From NCBI GenBank assembly GCA_963514005.1, contig OY740788.1, positions 44,702,001 through 44,766,000 on the forward strand: 64,000 bases of DNA, given 5' to 3'. The notes beneath the pieces are model-generated. The model had not been told where the DNA came from, ran no database searches, and saw only the letters and a program-made list of their open reading frames with translations. Source of the DNA: Raja brachyura (lineage: Eukaryota). Each line of letters starts with the position of its first letter. Position 1 is the first letter of the stretch. Shown here piece by piece: positions 34,956-49,215 of the stretch. Position numbers and translations under genes: made by a program.

Positions 34956-36599
34956 TGGAGACAAATTAGGAGACTCATTGCCACTTTAGTACAGGAAAGT
35001 GGCAATGAGGTTAAAGATCAGCAATAATTTTCCTGAATGGCAGCATGGCTTCAAAGCCTCATCCTCACTTCCATTTTTTAAGTTGGAACCCACTTGATTG
35101 ACATCCAAATCTACAATCCTTAAAACCCTCAATTAATTATAAAAAACATTAAGCTTGATTCAGCAGCACTTTGGGGACAAAGCTCCAGATTTGTGGAAAC
35201 CTTTTCTGATGCCAAGAACTGCCCTTCTAGTTCTCTGCTCTGGCTTGTTGAGTATCCCCACTCTTTGCCTTACTATTGGGAGACACTTTATCAACTGAAT
35301 GCATCTTAGCTTCCCAAAACTCTTCCATTACAGTGCATTGACCCAGCTTTGTGCAGACCTCAATCTCTCCTTCTTTGCCCTGTGGCCAGCTTTTAACTCT
35401 CCAACTCCATGAAGTTGCTGGGAATATTTTTCCATTCAGAAAATTCAAAATGAATGCAATTATTGGTATTAAATCATTTTTCTATTTCTACCAGTTAAAC
35501 GTGAAATTTCAAATATGCAAATTAAAGCTTGGGAGGTTGGAGTTCTTAGTTAAAAAAAACATTTTGTTTCTTGGATAATTCAGTTTCAAGCTGTTTCAAA
35601 ATAAGCTGTTTCTTGGATAATTCTTTGAGCAGTCAAACTCAATGATAAATCCATTTAACTTTAACACATTAAATGAGCAAATTTATTGAGGTTTTTAATA
35701 TAATGACATGTATCAAATGTGAGTCATGTCATTAATGAAGTCAGTATTTGAAAAACTCCACTTGCTTTCCAGCTCCTGGTAACAGTAATTCCTTAGATGT
35801 TGCAATGGGAAACCTGATTCTGTAACTGGTCAGAGGCCTTTTACTTCTCTGTTGAATGCTCCTTTTTTTTAAATAAGATTTGAGATAAGAGCTTATTTTT
35901 CTTTAGTGAGCTGCATGTCCGTACCATTACAAATAACAAGAACTCTAGTTTCATTAGAAAAATTCAGTTTCAAGATATTGAACTAAAAGTTGTTAAGCTG
36001 TAAAGTTGTTAAAAGTTGGTTCTAAGTCCTTTTAACAACTTTGATGAATCAATGTTGTAGGAAGGAAATGCAGGTGCTGGTTTAAACCGAATATAGACAC
36101 AAAATGCCCGAGTAACTCAGCAGGCCAGGCAGCATTACTGGATAGAAGGAATTGGTTGATGAATCAATCTACATTATTGTATAAACAACATTGTAAACCT
36201 CATTATCCCATTAATAACAAACTCATCCCATCTACAAATCCAAGGAACTCCTAAACTATCAATGCTTTTATCTGTAACGTCACTTCCTTTTACTTTTATC
36301 TAGGGACACAACATAGGCATTGTATACATCAGAAAAACAAATAGAGCATGCTATTGACATGCTAAAGCAGAGTTTTAGGTTAAGTTTAGTTTGAAGCCAT
36401 TCTGTCCCATGGTTAGTCTAAGGGACTACTGATGAGAATATTCTCGAAGGGATACTCAAAGGAAAAAATATATTTAACTGCAAACAAATGCACAAGCAAG
36501 AAGAGTGAAAGGGCATGAAGACATTGTATATACTGCTGCACAAACTATAAGAACACAATCAAATTTTATGTTCAGGATGGTCTGAATTGGCTATTTGTT

Positions 36600-37390
36600 G
36601 TGTGTCGACCAGAGTTGGTTAGTATTGAGGCGATTTTCAACCACGTAGTTGTATTAAGATAGCACTGGAATTGTAACCAAAATGTAACACCTTACAGGTG
36701 TCACTTAAATTCTATTTTCCATTCCTTTGCCCACCTTCCCAATTGATTTAGATTTTGTAAAGTTAATAACCTTCCTTACTGTCCACTATACCTCTGAGAT
36801 TTGTGACATCTGCAAATTCACAAACAATGTTAACTTTGTCATAACAGCGGTAGAACAAACGCCAACCTCTGGTGAAAATGACAGTAACTATTCATTTTAT
36901 AAAAGCCTCTCAAGATTTTATATACCTCAACTATGTCTCCCGTCAGCCTCTTATGCTCCAAGGAAAGAAAATCCTAAGCAAGCCTCTTTTTATGACTTAA
37001 ACCCTCCAGAATCGGCAATATCTTCACATATTTTTTTTGCACCCTTTCCAGTTTAATTACATTATTTCTTACAGCAGGGTTTCCAGAACAGTTTATGGTA
37101 CTCCAAATTTGGCCTTACCAATGTCTTGTTCAACAGTAACATGAGATTCTAACTTCTGTGCTCAATACCTTGACCAAGGAAGACAAATGTGCCAAATGTC
37201 TTCTTCACCACCCTATCAACCTCTGTCGACACTTTCATGGAATGTTGTACCGGCACTCCCAGATCTCGCTCTGCTCTACAACACTCCAGTGGCTCTACCA
37301 TTTACTGCGTAAGTCTGGCTCAGTATTCTCCTCCTAAAATGCAACACCCAGCATTTATCTGAATTAAACCCCACCTGACATTCCCATGAT
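36600..37390 (-). mobile_element. Old CR1 fragment
   Basis: aatgtgccaaatgtcttcttcaccaccctatcaacc, aaaatgcaacacccagcatttatctgaattaaac; typical CR1 RT in antisense. Confidence 0.55.
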
Positions 37391-37574
37391 TTAACTGTGC
37401 ATTAATTTCTGAATTTACTCTGTCCTTGACAGCAAGCCCAAGGAAAAAAGATCAAAATTATTTAAAATTGAGAAAGAATGGGGTGTGTCCTTAGTGAGTG
37501 AATGGCCAACATGTTCAGACAGCTGTTCACTCAACAGATGTACAGTTATCAATTTTCTCCACGAACGTTTCTAA

Positions 37575-37890
37575 ATTTTAGTTTAGTTTTAGTTTTATAG
37601 ATACAGCATGGAAACAAACCCTCGAGTCCCTGCTGGCCATCGATCACTCATTCACACCCGTTTGATGCCATCTATTCTCTACACAGTAAGGGCACATTTG
37701 TAGGCAAAATTAACCTACAAACCTGCATGTCTTTGGGTTGTGGGGGGAAACTGAAGCACCCGGAAGAAACCCACATGGTCACAGGGAGAACCTGCAAACT
37801 CCAGACAGGCAACATCTGAGGTCAGGATTGAACTCGGATCTCTGGCGCTGTCAGGCAGCAGCTTTCCCAACTGTGGCACTATGCCACAAA
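37575..37890 (-). mobile_element. HE1-type V-SINE
   Basis: gatacagcatggaaaca...aacctacaaacctgcatgtctttgg...ggtcacagggagaac. Confidence 0.78.
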
Positions 37891-39249
37891 ATGGCAAATA
37901 TGTGAACTTAGACGACAAAAAACCAGAAGCCCACAGACTGAATCCCTGGTAACTATCTTGTGATCAGACAACACACCTTTGCACATGAAGCTACAGGCAT
38001 CGGTATGACAACACCTTAGCAGTACTTACTGTGCCTGCTCTTAGGGTTTAGGATTGCATAGCGTGTGAATGGTTCTGATGGATGCCTGGGCACGTGTACA
38101 TATTGAGCCTCTGGCTAGCTACTGGAAAGCATATGCAGCCATGCCATAGTGTAAATGACACAACCTGTAGCTTGTTTAACTCAGACCCTATTTGCCAGGA
38201 AGCAAAGGCCAACTTAATCCCAAGAGGATGTCATGAAGGCAGAGCAACTCCGTTACCTAAACATCAGGCTTTCCAAGCCTATGTGATGCTGCGTCCAATG
38301 TAATGTTGCACTATCTTGACCTATTTTACTTAGAGTAAATGACAAATTATAATAATATTTACTTTTGTTGTCATTGCTCCTAATGTACCCGTAAAGCAAG
38401 TAAGATTTTTTGTGTTCCATTTCATAACTGTCACATATAAGGCATATGCTTATCACTCTTGATCCCTTGAATATTCCTCAAATGCATCACTGGTGATGCT
38501 AGGACCATTTGATACCTCATACACATTTCTTTAAAGGCCGAGGAAAACTATCAGAATTGAGAATACTTTCTTTGGCACCAGCTTTGCTGCTATGGCTGGT
38601 TCTCCCCAGATGACTGACTGCAAACATGCAGCCATTAAGACTTGTCACGACCAGCCAGGAGTTTTCATCAATCACTGTTCCAGTTAACTTGAATGGCTAA
38701 GAAAATGTTCCTGCAGTGCCTTTGGTCAGGAAGCAGTTGTGGCTTGTCATTTTTAGCTGCATCTAATGCAATTGCTGACCGGAGCAGATATTGTCAGGCA
38801 ATTCTTCAGTCTGAAAGGCACATAAAACAATTTAAAATTGAATGTGCTGTTCTATGTTCTGTGAATATATTTAGAGGGGATCATGAAACTTGTACAACTG
38901 AGGAGATGCAAGAAAAAAACATGAGATGCATCACTCAGTTGACTGTTGGGACGTCCAAACTTTCATATCGGCTCACCATTCCCTACAATGTATTTCCATT
39001 CAGAGTCTCATGAGCCACGGTGCAAGTTCACGTCCTTGAGACCACGGCACAACAAAGAGAACTGAATAAAGTCGAGTAAAAGATATCAAGATCTGACGCT
39101 TCTGCATGGGTTGCTAAAGGTGGAGGGAGAAAGAAAGAAGATGATACAAGATGATTATTTGTCTATTTCACCTCAATCATTTCTGCTCTTTCACAGTATC
39201 ATTCACAGATAGCCAACACATGAAAGACCTGTCAACAACTTCCTGACTG

Positions 39250-39640
39250 AAGTTTAGTTTATTTAGTTTAGTTTACTATTTAGTTTAAATCAGTTTAGTT
39301 TATTGTCACATGTGCTAAGGTACAGTGAAAAGCTTTTTTTGTTACGTGCTATCCAGTTAGCGGAAACACGGGACATGATTGCAATCAAGCTGCCACAGTG
39401 TATAGATACAGGATAAAGGGAATAATGTTTAGTGCAAGATCAAGTCCAGAAAAGTCCGAGTAAAGATAGTCAGAGGATCTCCAATGAGATAGGTGGTAGC
39501 TCAGGACTGCTCTCTAGTTTGTGATAGGATGGTTCATTTGCCTGATAACAGCAGGGAAGAAACTGTCCCTGAATCTGGAGGTGTGCGTTTTCACACTTCT
39601 GTACATCGTGCCTGATGGAAAATGGGATTGGTCCTTGATT
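39250..39640 (-). repeat. LINE 3' UTR fragment (Rex1/Babar-like)
   Basis: (tttag)n, tttattgtcacatgtgctaaggtacagtgaaaagcttt, gggaagaaactgtccctgaatctggaggtgtgcgttttcacacttctgtac. Confidence 0.65.
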
Positions 39641-39974
39641 ATGTCGATTATCCGGATAAATGGTATATTTGAGGTCAAGGGTACAAGGTACTTCTGGTAC
39701 TACAGAGACTGTTTAGTACTATTGGCTGAGGATGAATTTTCATCTTGAGTATCCAATGGGAAGTAATGGGAAGAGGATTTGAATGATTACAGCACATGAG
39801 AAGAGATCAATATTAAAGAATGCAGTGAACAAGTGGTGAAGATGTCTCAGATTACACATAATCTGCCTTGTGACTGGTGGCATGAATAATGATGCAGGGC
39901 TGGTGTGAATGGTGGAGGATTTGGGAGGACAGCAGCTATGTTCACCTTTCTTAATCAAGTGAGATTTTAATTTC

Positions 39975-40258
39975 ATTTAGAGATACAGTGTGGAAACAGG
40001 CCCTTTGACCCACCAAGTCCTCACAGATCAGCGATGCCTGTACACTCTCACCTAAATTTACAATTTTACCAAAACCAATAATCTTACAAACCCAAAAGTC
40101 TTTGGAGTGTGGGAGGAAACCGAAGAACCTAGAGAAAACCCATGCGAAGAACGTGGAAGAACGTAAAACTCTGTACAGACAGCACCCATAATCAGGATCG
40201 AACACAGGTCTTTGGTGCTGGAAGGCAGCACTCTACCAATGCATCACTGTGCTGCCCT
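39975..40258 (-). mobile_element. HE1-type V-SINE
   Basis: tttagagatacagtgtggaaacaggccc...gtctttggagtgtgggaggaaacc...caggatcgaac. Confidence 0.8.
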
Positions 40259-42314
40259 AGAGATCCAAGAAATCTTTCCAGTGTTGGCTGCATGTTCTCT
40301 GGGTGATGGTTTAGCTACGTACTTCATCGGATATGTGCATGGCAAGCCTGCTGGACATTAGAAAATAAAGTATCCATCCCATCTCTTCAGGTTGCCAGCA
40401 GCAGGAAGTCTTTGAAGACTCTGAGCTGGCCCAGCATCCCTCACGGATCATTGCAAAACATACACAGTTTCACTGCAGCAACTTCCGCCAGAACTTCACT
40501 TCAGTGAATGCAACCTCTGTGCAAAGTATGCGTTTAAATCCTGGCGTGATTCCCACTGAGGGTGGTGTCATGTGGATAGGTGACCTGTGGCCAACACAAA
40601 GGGGAAGAATACCCTGACCATAGGATCAGCCGGACTTCAATGTTTCTTTTTCTGTCTGTACTGTACACTACTGTATTCACAATCTCCTGTTAAAACCGAG
40701 TATTCATTTCTGTACTGGTACTTATGGTTTGTTAATGGATTACAGTGCAATACTGCTGCAGGCTTATGTTTAGCTTAAATTTTCCCTAAATAACTAGTTT
40801 TCAATTACACTTAATTAGGCAATCTCAATGAAGACCTCCAACAAGTTTCTATTTCTGATTTTTTTTAAGATTCTGGTCAAAAACTGCAGTTTTATGTGGA
40901 AAATCAAGAGCATGATCAAGTTTTTGGCTTCTTTTCACCAATCACAATAATTTAGTGTGTTTAAGTTATTATTCCCTCGCTACTACAAATAACAGTTACC
41001 ATATTACTCAATTTATAATAACGCTCAATTTACAAGGGGAAAATGTTGATGCCTACCAGTTTTTGGACAATAGCTCCATTGGATATTTGTATAACATTAC
41101 ACTTGGCAAGGAGACAGCAGTACACTCAGCCCATGTACAGTATTACAGAATTTCCAGTCCCATTAGAGAGTGGATCACTTCTACTACATAAGCAGATTTT
41201 AAATGTTAATTTTAATTATTCTAGACTGAGAAAATAGACCCATTTAATAGAAGACCAATATTGCACACACAAGCATTGGAGTGTGTCGAATGTTGGAGAT
41301 ACAGCTGCTAAAGTCTACCGTGATTCTCTTATTGGCCCTAAAACAATTCCACTTTTATCCAGTTTTCGTCGGTTTTGTGTGTCCCACTCCATGTTTTTTT
41401 TTCTTCCTCGGAAAACAGAGGCCGACAGTAGACCCACTACTGTTGTCCGGTCAAAGCTTGTCACATTTGAGTTACATTTACTTCTTATCAGCCATGCAAG
41501 AAAAACTGAGCATTAAAATGCCACTCTTCCATGAGCATGGCACAATGTGAAACTGCATCAGGAAACCACTGCTGTGTAAAAGATAAATGTTCACATCTCC
41601 TTCTGCACACTCACTTATTGTGCCTCTTCAAGCATATCCCCTAAAAGTACCATTGGACTCCCCTCTCAGCTGCATGTGGAGCACTGATCTGATGAGGCAG
41701 TTTTATGTAAGGCAGCAGCAGCATCTGAACCGTACAATTAACTGCATAGCAACTGCAGCGAGATGAAGCCACTGATTGTAAAGTACAAAGTGTAGCAGAA
41801 GGATCATTAGTAGTTTCTGATCTAGGAGGTGAATTCTGTTTAATTATTTTACATGTTGTTACTCCGCTGCTGCCATTAAATTATTAACCAATATTTTTAT
41901 TAATGCCTTTGCTATAAATGAATATAAATGATATATGTATATTTTTTACATTTTCTTAGAAATCTCACATTTATATATTTAAAACATTTTGCAAGTGTTT
42001 CAACCACTTTATTCAATCATTGGCTTGGTATATCTAGCCCAGAGTAATGTTGGCAGGCCAAACTGGTTTGGAAATTTTAGGCCCCCACTCCTTCCTGATG
42101 CCTCATTTAATTAATTCAGCAGATGAAAAGTTAGAGTTGCAGGTCTACAATTTCCAGACCATTAACTCCAGTAAGGTCAATTCTACACCAAGTGGAACCA
42201 ATTCAACAACCACCCCTTGTAAGTACTCAGTCAGTAGACATTCTGTGTTTCTTTGCCCCCTACTTTGCCTCCCTTTTGGGTGACTTTTCTCCACTATCAG
42301 CCTCAGCTATAGGT

Positions 42315-42610
42315 CAGTTTAGTTTAGAGATACAGATTGGGAACAGGCCCTTCGGCCCACCGCGTCCACGCTGACCAGCGATCACCCTTACACTAATTCT
42401 ATCCTACACACTAGGGACAATTTACAGAAGCCAATTAACCTACAAACCTGCACCTCTTTGGAATGTGGGAGGTAACCGGAGCACCCGGAGAAAACCCACG
42501 TGGTTATAGGGAGAATGGACAAACTCAATACAGATAGCACCCCAGTCAGGATCGAACCCAGGTCTCCGACACTATATAAGGCAGCAACTCTCCAAACTGT
42601 GCTGCCACTT
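42315..42610 (-). mobile_element. HE1-type V-SINE
   Basis: Same motif set as the other copies. Confidence 0.82.
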
Positions 42611-43064
42611 AGGGCAGGTCAATTAAAATATAATAGCTAATCAGCCCACCTAGATACCATTATATTAATTTCCATACACCACTGGAAAGTATCATTTTCT
42701 GCAGGTCTACATTCTCCATCTCTCTCTCACAACAGGGTTCACAAAACACTTCCAAATACCTTTTAGGTCATGATTACAAGCACATACCTCTCACGCAAAT
42801 TAACAAGAGTACAACAAAGAATAAGGCAGTTTGGAAGTTAAACATTCTAATTCTAGGAAAATATGAGAGATTGTTTGTCCCAGATCCATTTAAAGGTCAT
42901 AAGGAATGTTCATTTAGAACTACTCCACAATAAACAAATAACACTAATGAAGCATTGTTAAATGAGCAAAATGTAACCATTTTTTTTTGCCTGCTGAGAT
43001 TCAGAGTTGAGCAATATAAAGTTGGGTGATTTGTGTGTGTTTGAAATAGGCAAGTATTAAAGGT

Positions 43065-43370
43065 TTTAGACTTGAGACTTTAGAGATAGAGTGGAAACAG
43101 GCCTTCCGGCACTCTCAGTCTGCGCCGACCAGCGATCCCCGTGCACATACACTATCCTACACACACTAGGGACAATTTACAATTTTACTGAAACCAATTA
43201 ACTTATAAACCTGTGCGTCTTCTGAATGTGGAAGGAAACCAAAGCACCTGGAGAAAACCCACGCGGTCACAGGGAGAAAGTACAATTTCCATACAGACAG
43301 CACCCATAGTCAGGATCGAACCCGGGTCTCTGGCGCCGTAAGGCAGCTGCTCTACCGCTGCGCCACCATG
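43065..43370 (-). mobile_element. HE1-type V-SINE
   Basis: caggatcgaacccgggtctctggcgccgtaaggcagctgctctaccgctgcgccacc. Confidence 0.85.
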
Positions 43371-43632
43371 CAGTCGGCTGCGGGGAGATGGACATTAATG
43401 GACCGTTAAATGTCAACAACTTTTTTTCTATGGATAATCAGATATCTAATATATAATTCATAGGTTATTATCTCATTCTTTTTGTAAGTTCCTGGATCTG
43501 TTTGAACTAGTGTGCGTTAATGAATTTCAATAATATTACTTTAATTTGAACCTGATTATTACCAAAAAGCATATTATGTGAAACGTTCAATCATTGTATT
43601 TAATTCTGTAGGGATGAAGTTGTTACTATATA

Positions 43633-44664
43633 TAGCAATGTTACAACATTTTGAGATTTAAAAAATCAAGTCTGCAATTTATCCCATCAGATAAAGCATA
43701 AAAGGAAGTTTAATTTGACACCTAATTCACTTTCATATCTTCAGTATTAAGAAAGTTATGACCATTTTCATACTCGGAAATTAGCATCTTGTTCCCCATT
43801 GCCTTTCAATTGACTTAACTCAAAAGCTGTGATCCAGAACAGTCACAAGCCCATAACTTTCTCAAAAATGAAGAGAACTCAATGAAATTTTCAGTTATTA
43901 TAGATTGAAGCATTCTGAAACAAATATGAAACAATCTTACTTGGATGACCTGAAATTAAAGCATATAATTAGTTAGTTATCTAATTGTAGCTAATTACAA
44001 AATTCAATTAGATCTAAACATCTATCCATTTCTTAAGAAAAGATAAACTTTTTTTTAATTGCCTAAGTGTCCAAATGACATTCACACAATAATCTACAAC
44101 ATAACATAATTTTTAAATCTAATTTTCATGAATTTATAGGCCAAATGGAAGGAATTTAGTGTTTAATGCCTGTAAATTAATGGCCATTTAAATCAACTAG
44201 CGAGTGTGTTTTAGTGGAATGCGGTGGATTAGAACGTTGTGGTTTACGGTGAAGTCTGTATGAAAAATACAGCCGGTTCATACATTTTTTTTTGTCCCCT
44301 TTTCGCAACATGAAAATGTGATTAAAGCCTTCCTAAAAACCAAGTTTTAATGTAAAAATAAACTGTGTAGCTTCTTTTATCGCCTACCTTAGGTCCGTTC
44401 CGCTGTCACCGTTCAGAGCTTTAGAAGATGAGTTTTAAACTACTCTAGTTAATAAATAATCTAGCGTAGTTTAAAAATACCTTTATGAATGAAATGACGG
44501 AGTGATTTCTCTTTAGCGACGAAATCGCCCGACATGGATCGACTTGGACTGCCTAGAAAAAATCGTCATTTTAAACGCAATCCCCTCTGAAAGGCGCCAA
44601 AGTCGCGCACACGGGGAGCGGCAGAACTGCAGCGCTGCTAAAGGTAGGTATTGTAACATACCTA
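43633..44664. mobile_element. Second copy (opposite orientation) of the 1-kb DNA transposon
   Basis: Termini tagcaatgttacaa / ttgtaacataccta; 7-bp TSD ctatata at 43626-43632 and 44665-44671; collinear reverse complement of 5058-6091. Confidence 0.92.
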
Positions 44665-47600
44665 CTATATATTAATAATCATCTTGTCACAAGGTATAAA
44701 ATAGAGATAGTGGCAAAAGAAGCAATAATGCCGGAAAAATTGGCTCATGTAAGAGTGTTGGTGTGATAATGGTAAAATATCAAGGGTGCAGGAGGGCTTA
44801 GGCACATTACATTATCTGTTGCCTGTAGCAGAATGCTTATGGCAAAAAATCATTTATCATGGTAAAGCCTGAACAGATCAGTCTGTGTAATGGCGATCTC
44901 AGGGGATTCCTGCAAGTGAGTTAATACCGTTAAAACTGGCAAGGTAAAAAATGGATGCAGCCCGTATCTTTCTATTTAAATAGTAGAACTTTCCAATATG
45001 ATAAAAACTGTATTCAAAACTGAGAGGCAACAGTTAACCAAATAAATTTTGACAGCCCTGAATGGCTAAAGATTTATTTTCTGTCAATACGGGACTCTGT
45101 ACTCAAGGGACTGCTATACTAAAATCCTCAAAATACTTTGGCTTGATATACATCACATCAATTGACTTGGTTGTTTAATAATTTCTGCATCAGTGACTGA
45201 AACATATGGGTAGGCAAGCAGTCTCCTTGGCAACACTAAATCAGTTTCAAACAATAATGTAAAGCCAGGTCAAACTTATAATTACTGAAATTAATAACCT
45301 GTTTCTACTGTAAGAGGTATCAAAAGATGACATTAATGTTACAGACTCATTGATTATTTGCTATGAATGATGACCTGTACGTATCTAAGATATAATCTTT
45401 CAACAGAAACCTAAATAACACTATGAGGCCAAAGTCACATTGCAGCAAGTTTTGCTTTACTAAGCTAAGACCAATTGTTTCCCCTTCTATTAGTCTTATT
45501 TTTCATGTCTGCTTCCGCCTTGCACATTTGTTTCAGTGCACAGGAATCATTCTCACTATGTTGATATCTTAGCCATGATTAAATCTCTTTTATCTTGCAT
45601 GGTCGTTCAGCCCACCTGTGGTTCTGATATCCCATGTTCAGCAAAAGTGTAATCATTTCCAGAGACCTTCACTTGGCACGAATGGGACAGAATAAAGTCT
45701 AGAAATGGAAGTGGCCACAGGAAAACAGTTGTTTTGCTGCTGGCTCAGCTTTACATTGCCACTCTGTTACAATCTCCTGCTCTAATGGAGGTGACCCTGA
45801 CTAGTGTCTGAAGCTTCCATGGGAACAAAGCAGGGCCAGTGTGCCTCATCTTTGACCAGCAGCCAATCCGGATGTCAAGAAAAGCTAGGCGGTGACAAAC
45901 TCTCAGTTAGACTGGAGAATGGGAAACTATTTAAAACATTTCCATGGTTCTAAAGTTTGCAAATTGAAATGTTTCAAAGCTCAGCCCTGCATTTATTTTG
46001 AGGAGAAGCTATCTCTGATGTGTACTGATATTGCCCTAAACTCCCCTTGGTGATATAAGAGTTTTTAACAGCATACTAGACAAAACGGGGAAATAGAGAA
46101 ATATTGTCAACATTTATTTTGCATGCATATCTGCACTCTGATGCCTGCAAGGAGAGGCAGTGTCACTTTAAAAGATGGTGGTGGTGGAAACTCCTCTTCA
46201 CAATGATAACATTAGGTTAGGGTTAGCTATCACGGCGATGTGTGAAATCATCTCCCTAACTTCCATGCAGGAAGCTGCTTCAGAAACTTCCCTAATGTGT
46301 GCTACGAACCAGAGAATACTGCAAGAAAGATAGTGAGCACAGGTCATCCAGAGTCAGGTGGGAGCGAATGTGTAAGACACCAACAGGGCTAAACACTGAA
46401 GACTCTTCCAGCAGGGCATTGCAAGGTTATCAGAGACCGTCATACAGCTTGGAGTTTGTGTCGATACCATGGCAGCACCATTCAAACTTAATTGCATAAT
46501 CTTGTATGTATGCTGAACCCTGACCATAAAATGCTACTCTAAAGTAACATGGAGAAAAAACCTCACAAGTAGCAACTCAACAAACACCTTAGAAATGATG
46601 CCATATGTTGTGTGCTGGTGTTGCTTCTTCTTGACTCATGGCTGTACTACCTTTCAGCCCTTTATGCTTACACTTTTTAACCATTCTTTCTTAACCAACA
46701 CTTATTAAAATGTAATTCACCTATTTGAGGCATTCCTCTTTAAACAAACACAGTCCTTTAAATTTGACTTTTCAATAATATATCTCCTCTCAGCATAGAA
46801 TCAATGGAATTGCCTGCAAATATGAATCACAATGCAAACTGATTTAGTGATGAACTAGTGTGCTGGTGGCACTTGAGGTTCAGGTAGGTCTTAAAGTTTG
46901 CAGAAACAATCCTCTAAAAGTTTTGCAGTGAAAAACAAAAAAACACAATGTTTATCTGCTGAATATGATTGTACTATGTTTGAATATTATCAAGGCATTA
47001 TCAGAAGCTGAAAATGTGCAACTTGGAATATTGGGTTTGTTCTTCACAAGCATGTATCATGACTAACTGGTAGGCGTTTTGGACATTCAAACTGATATTG
47101 AAAATCCTTGCTTGTAAATAAGCTGAGGTGGATGGCACGTTGGATGGGACATTTTGGTCTGTGTGGGCAAGTTGAGCCGAATGGCCTGGGTCCATGGTGT
47201 ATGACTCAATGAATTTTGAGTAGCTTCAAATGGTTAATATTATAAATAGATAGTGTACAAGATAGTTACGTAAGGTTACATCTTTGTTTCTGAATGTGCA
47301 AAAATGGGGAGGGAATCTAATGAGGACTTTTCTAATCATTACAGTGTTATCACAGGTAATTGTTCTTTGGTAGTCATTCACAGTTCAATATAATGGACTG
47401 AACAGTTTCAGCCATCTTAAGACTTCAAGTACTATTATCTGGATGATCTGAAACATTAAATGAATTCTCCCATTTCGCTGCTTTCAGGAATAGAACCTTT
47501 TGATGTAGGAGGTTTAGCCAATCACTCAGGGAAAAACTATATCCGATTTCTTGCATAAAGAGATGTTTCTACCCCACACATGATAATAATCAGAGATTTT

Positions 47601-47807
47601 CTTGACAATAAGATCAACTCCTAAAACTTTTAGATGTGTCCATCATAGGAAACACAGGTTAACCATAATGTTTGGACACAATTTCTTAAAATTTAACAAA
47701 TTCAGTGTCACTGAACTTAGTAAACTTGTCTTTAGTGTTGCATTCCAAGTTATTCTGCCTCCTCCATTAAGGCTTTAAATTTTCTTTATAAAGGAGGCTA
47801 TATATTG

Positions 47808-48100
47808 AGGCGGTACAGTGGCACAGCGGTAGAGTTGCTGCCTTACAGCACCAGAGACCCAGGTTTGCGCCTGACTACGGGTGCTGTCTGTACGGAGATT
47901 GTAGATTCTCCCTGTGAACGTATGGGTTTTCTCCGGGTACTCTGGTTTCCTCCCACATTCCAAAGATGTGCAGGTTTGTAAGTTAATTGTCTTCTGTAAA
48001 TTGTCCCTAGTGTGTAGGATAGAACTAGTGTATGGGAGATCGCTGGCCGGTGCGGACCCAGTGGGCCAAAGGGCCTCCATCCACGGTGTATCTCTTAAAA
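47808..48100 (+). mobile_element. HE1-type V-SINE
   Basis: ggcggtacagtggcacagcggtagagttgctgccttacagc...ggtttcctcccacattccaaagatgtgcagg. Confidence 0.85.
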
Positions 48101-48994
48101 AATCAACTTTTGTTCATTCAATTGTGAAAGTAGAAGCCACTCCTTCAAATATTGCAGTTGCAATTACGTTATATACAGCAGCTGAATATTTGTTACATTT
48201 AAAAACCCTGACTTTTAATTATTCAGTACAATTTCATAGCCATAGGCTGACAAATATATTGGCAACAAAACTGCTGGAAAAAATGTAATCTATCATACTG
48301 CCTTATCAGTATGTAAGATAAAAAGCCATTTTTAGGGAGGGAGAGATGAGCAGCACCCTTAATGACGTTTTTGATATCAGACAGCATCAAATATGGATAA
48401 TTTATGGACCACAAAACATATTTTATTCCGATTCTCAAAGCATCACTATTTCTTGTCCAGTTGGAATATCTAAGATGAACAAATCATCAACACCTTCCTA
48501 TTTAAAGTAACTTTACTATGAGCAGTTGGAAAACTGAGTGAAGGATGCCATCCTGGCGTGGTTTCAGTGCGGAATGTGCTGCAGCAGCTAACTGATGGTT
48601 TGTAGTGATAACGATTGCTGAAGAGAAGATAACGAAGATCAAAACACGCAGTTAGTGTTAAACTGAAAACAGGATGAGATGCCTGTTTCTTGAGGATAAT
48701 TGCTGGATATCTATTGTCCAGCTGATTTCTATCATACATTTAAACATACCAATATATTGATTATTTTATGTGTAATCCAAAGGATCACATGCGTATCAAC
48801 CCGTGCGTTTGTAAGTCAACTATAAATTCATCAGGATCACCTACCTCATTGTGGTCTTTGCACTTTCTTCGAATCTGCCCTTTCTCTGTAGATGTAACAC
48901 TATATTCTGCCACCTGGTTATTTTTGTCTTTGCACTACATGTGGCAATAGTGTGTGGCTTGATTGCACTCATGTATAGTATAATGTAATAAAAT

Positions 48995-49215
48995 GGGACA
49001 CAAAGTGCTGGAGTGACTCTGCGGGTCAAGCAGTATCTCTGGAAAGCATTTCTTAGGTGACATTTCAGGTTGGGACACTTCAGACTGATCAATCTGAAGA
49101 ATGGTCCCAAGCCAAAACATCATCTATTCATGTTGTCCAGAGATGCTGCTTGACTCACTGAGTTGCTCCAGCAGTTTGTATCCTTTTGTGCAAACTAGCA
49201 TCTACAGTTCCTTGT
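48995..49215. repeat. Palindromic PLE remnant inserted in a LINE tail (~48880-49315)
   Basis: Inverted arms with cttcagact and atctgaaga hammerhead remnants back to back at ~49078-49100. Confidence 0.7.

Noticed and set aside
36428-36460. ctgatgagaatattctcgaagg, hammerhead-like core
   Set aside because: GAAG rather than GAAA, and no helix III/UH or helix I partner; probably a chance palindrome
38876-38895. ggggatcatga matching the start of the HDV-like ribozyme
   Set aside because: Match is only 11 nt; no P3/L3, P1 3' strand or P2 partner follows
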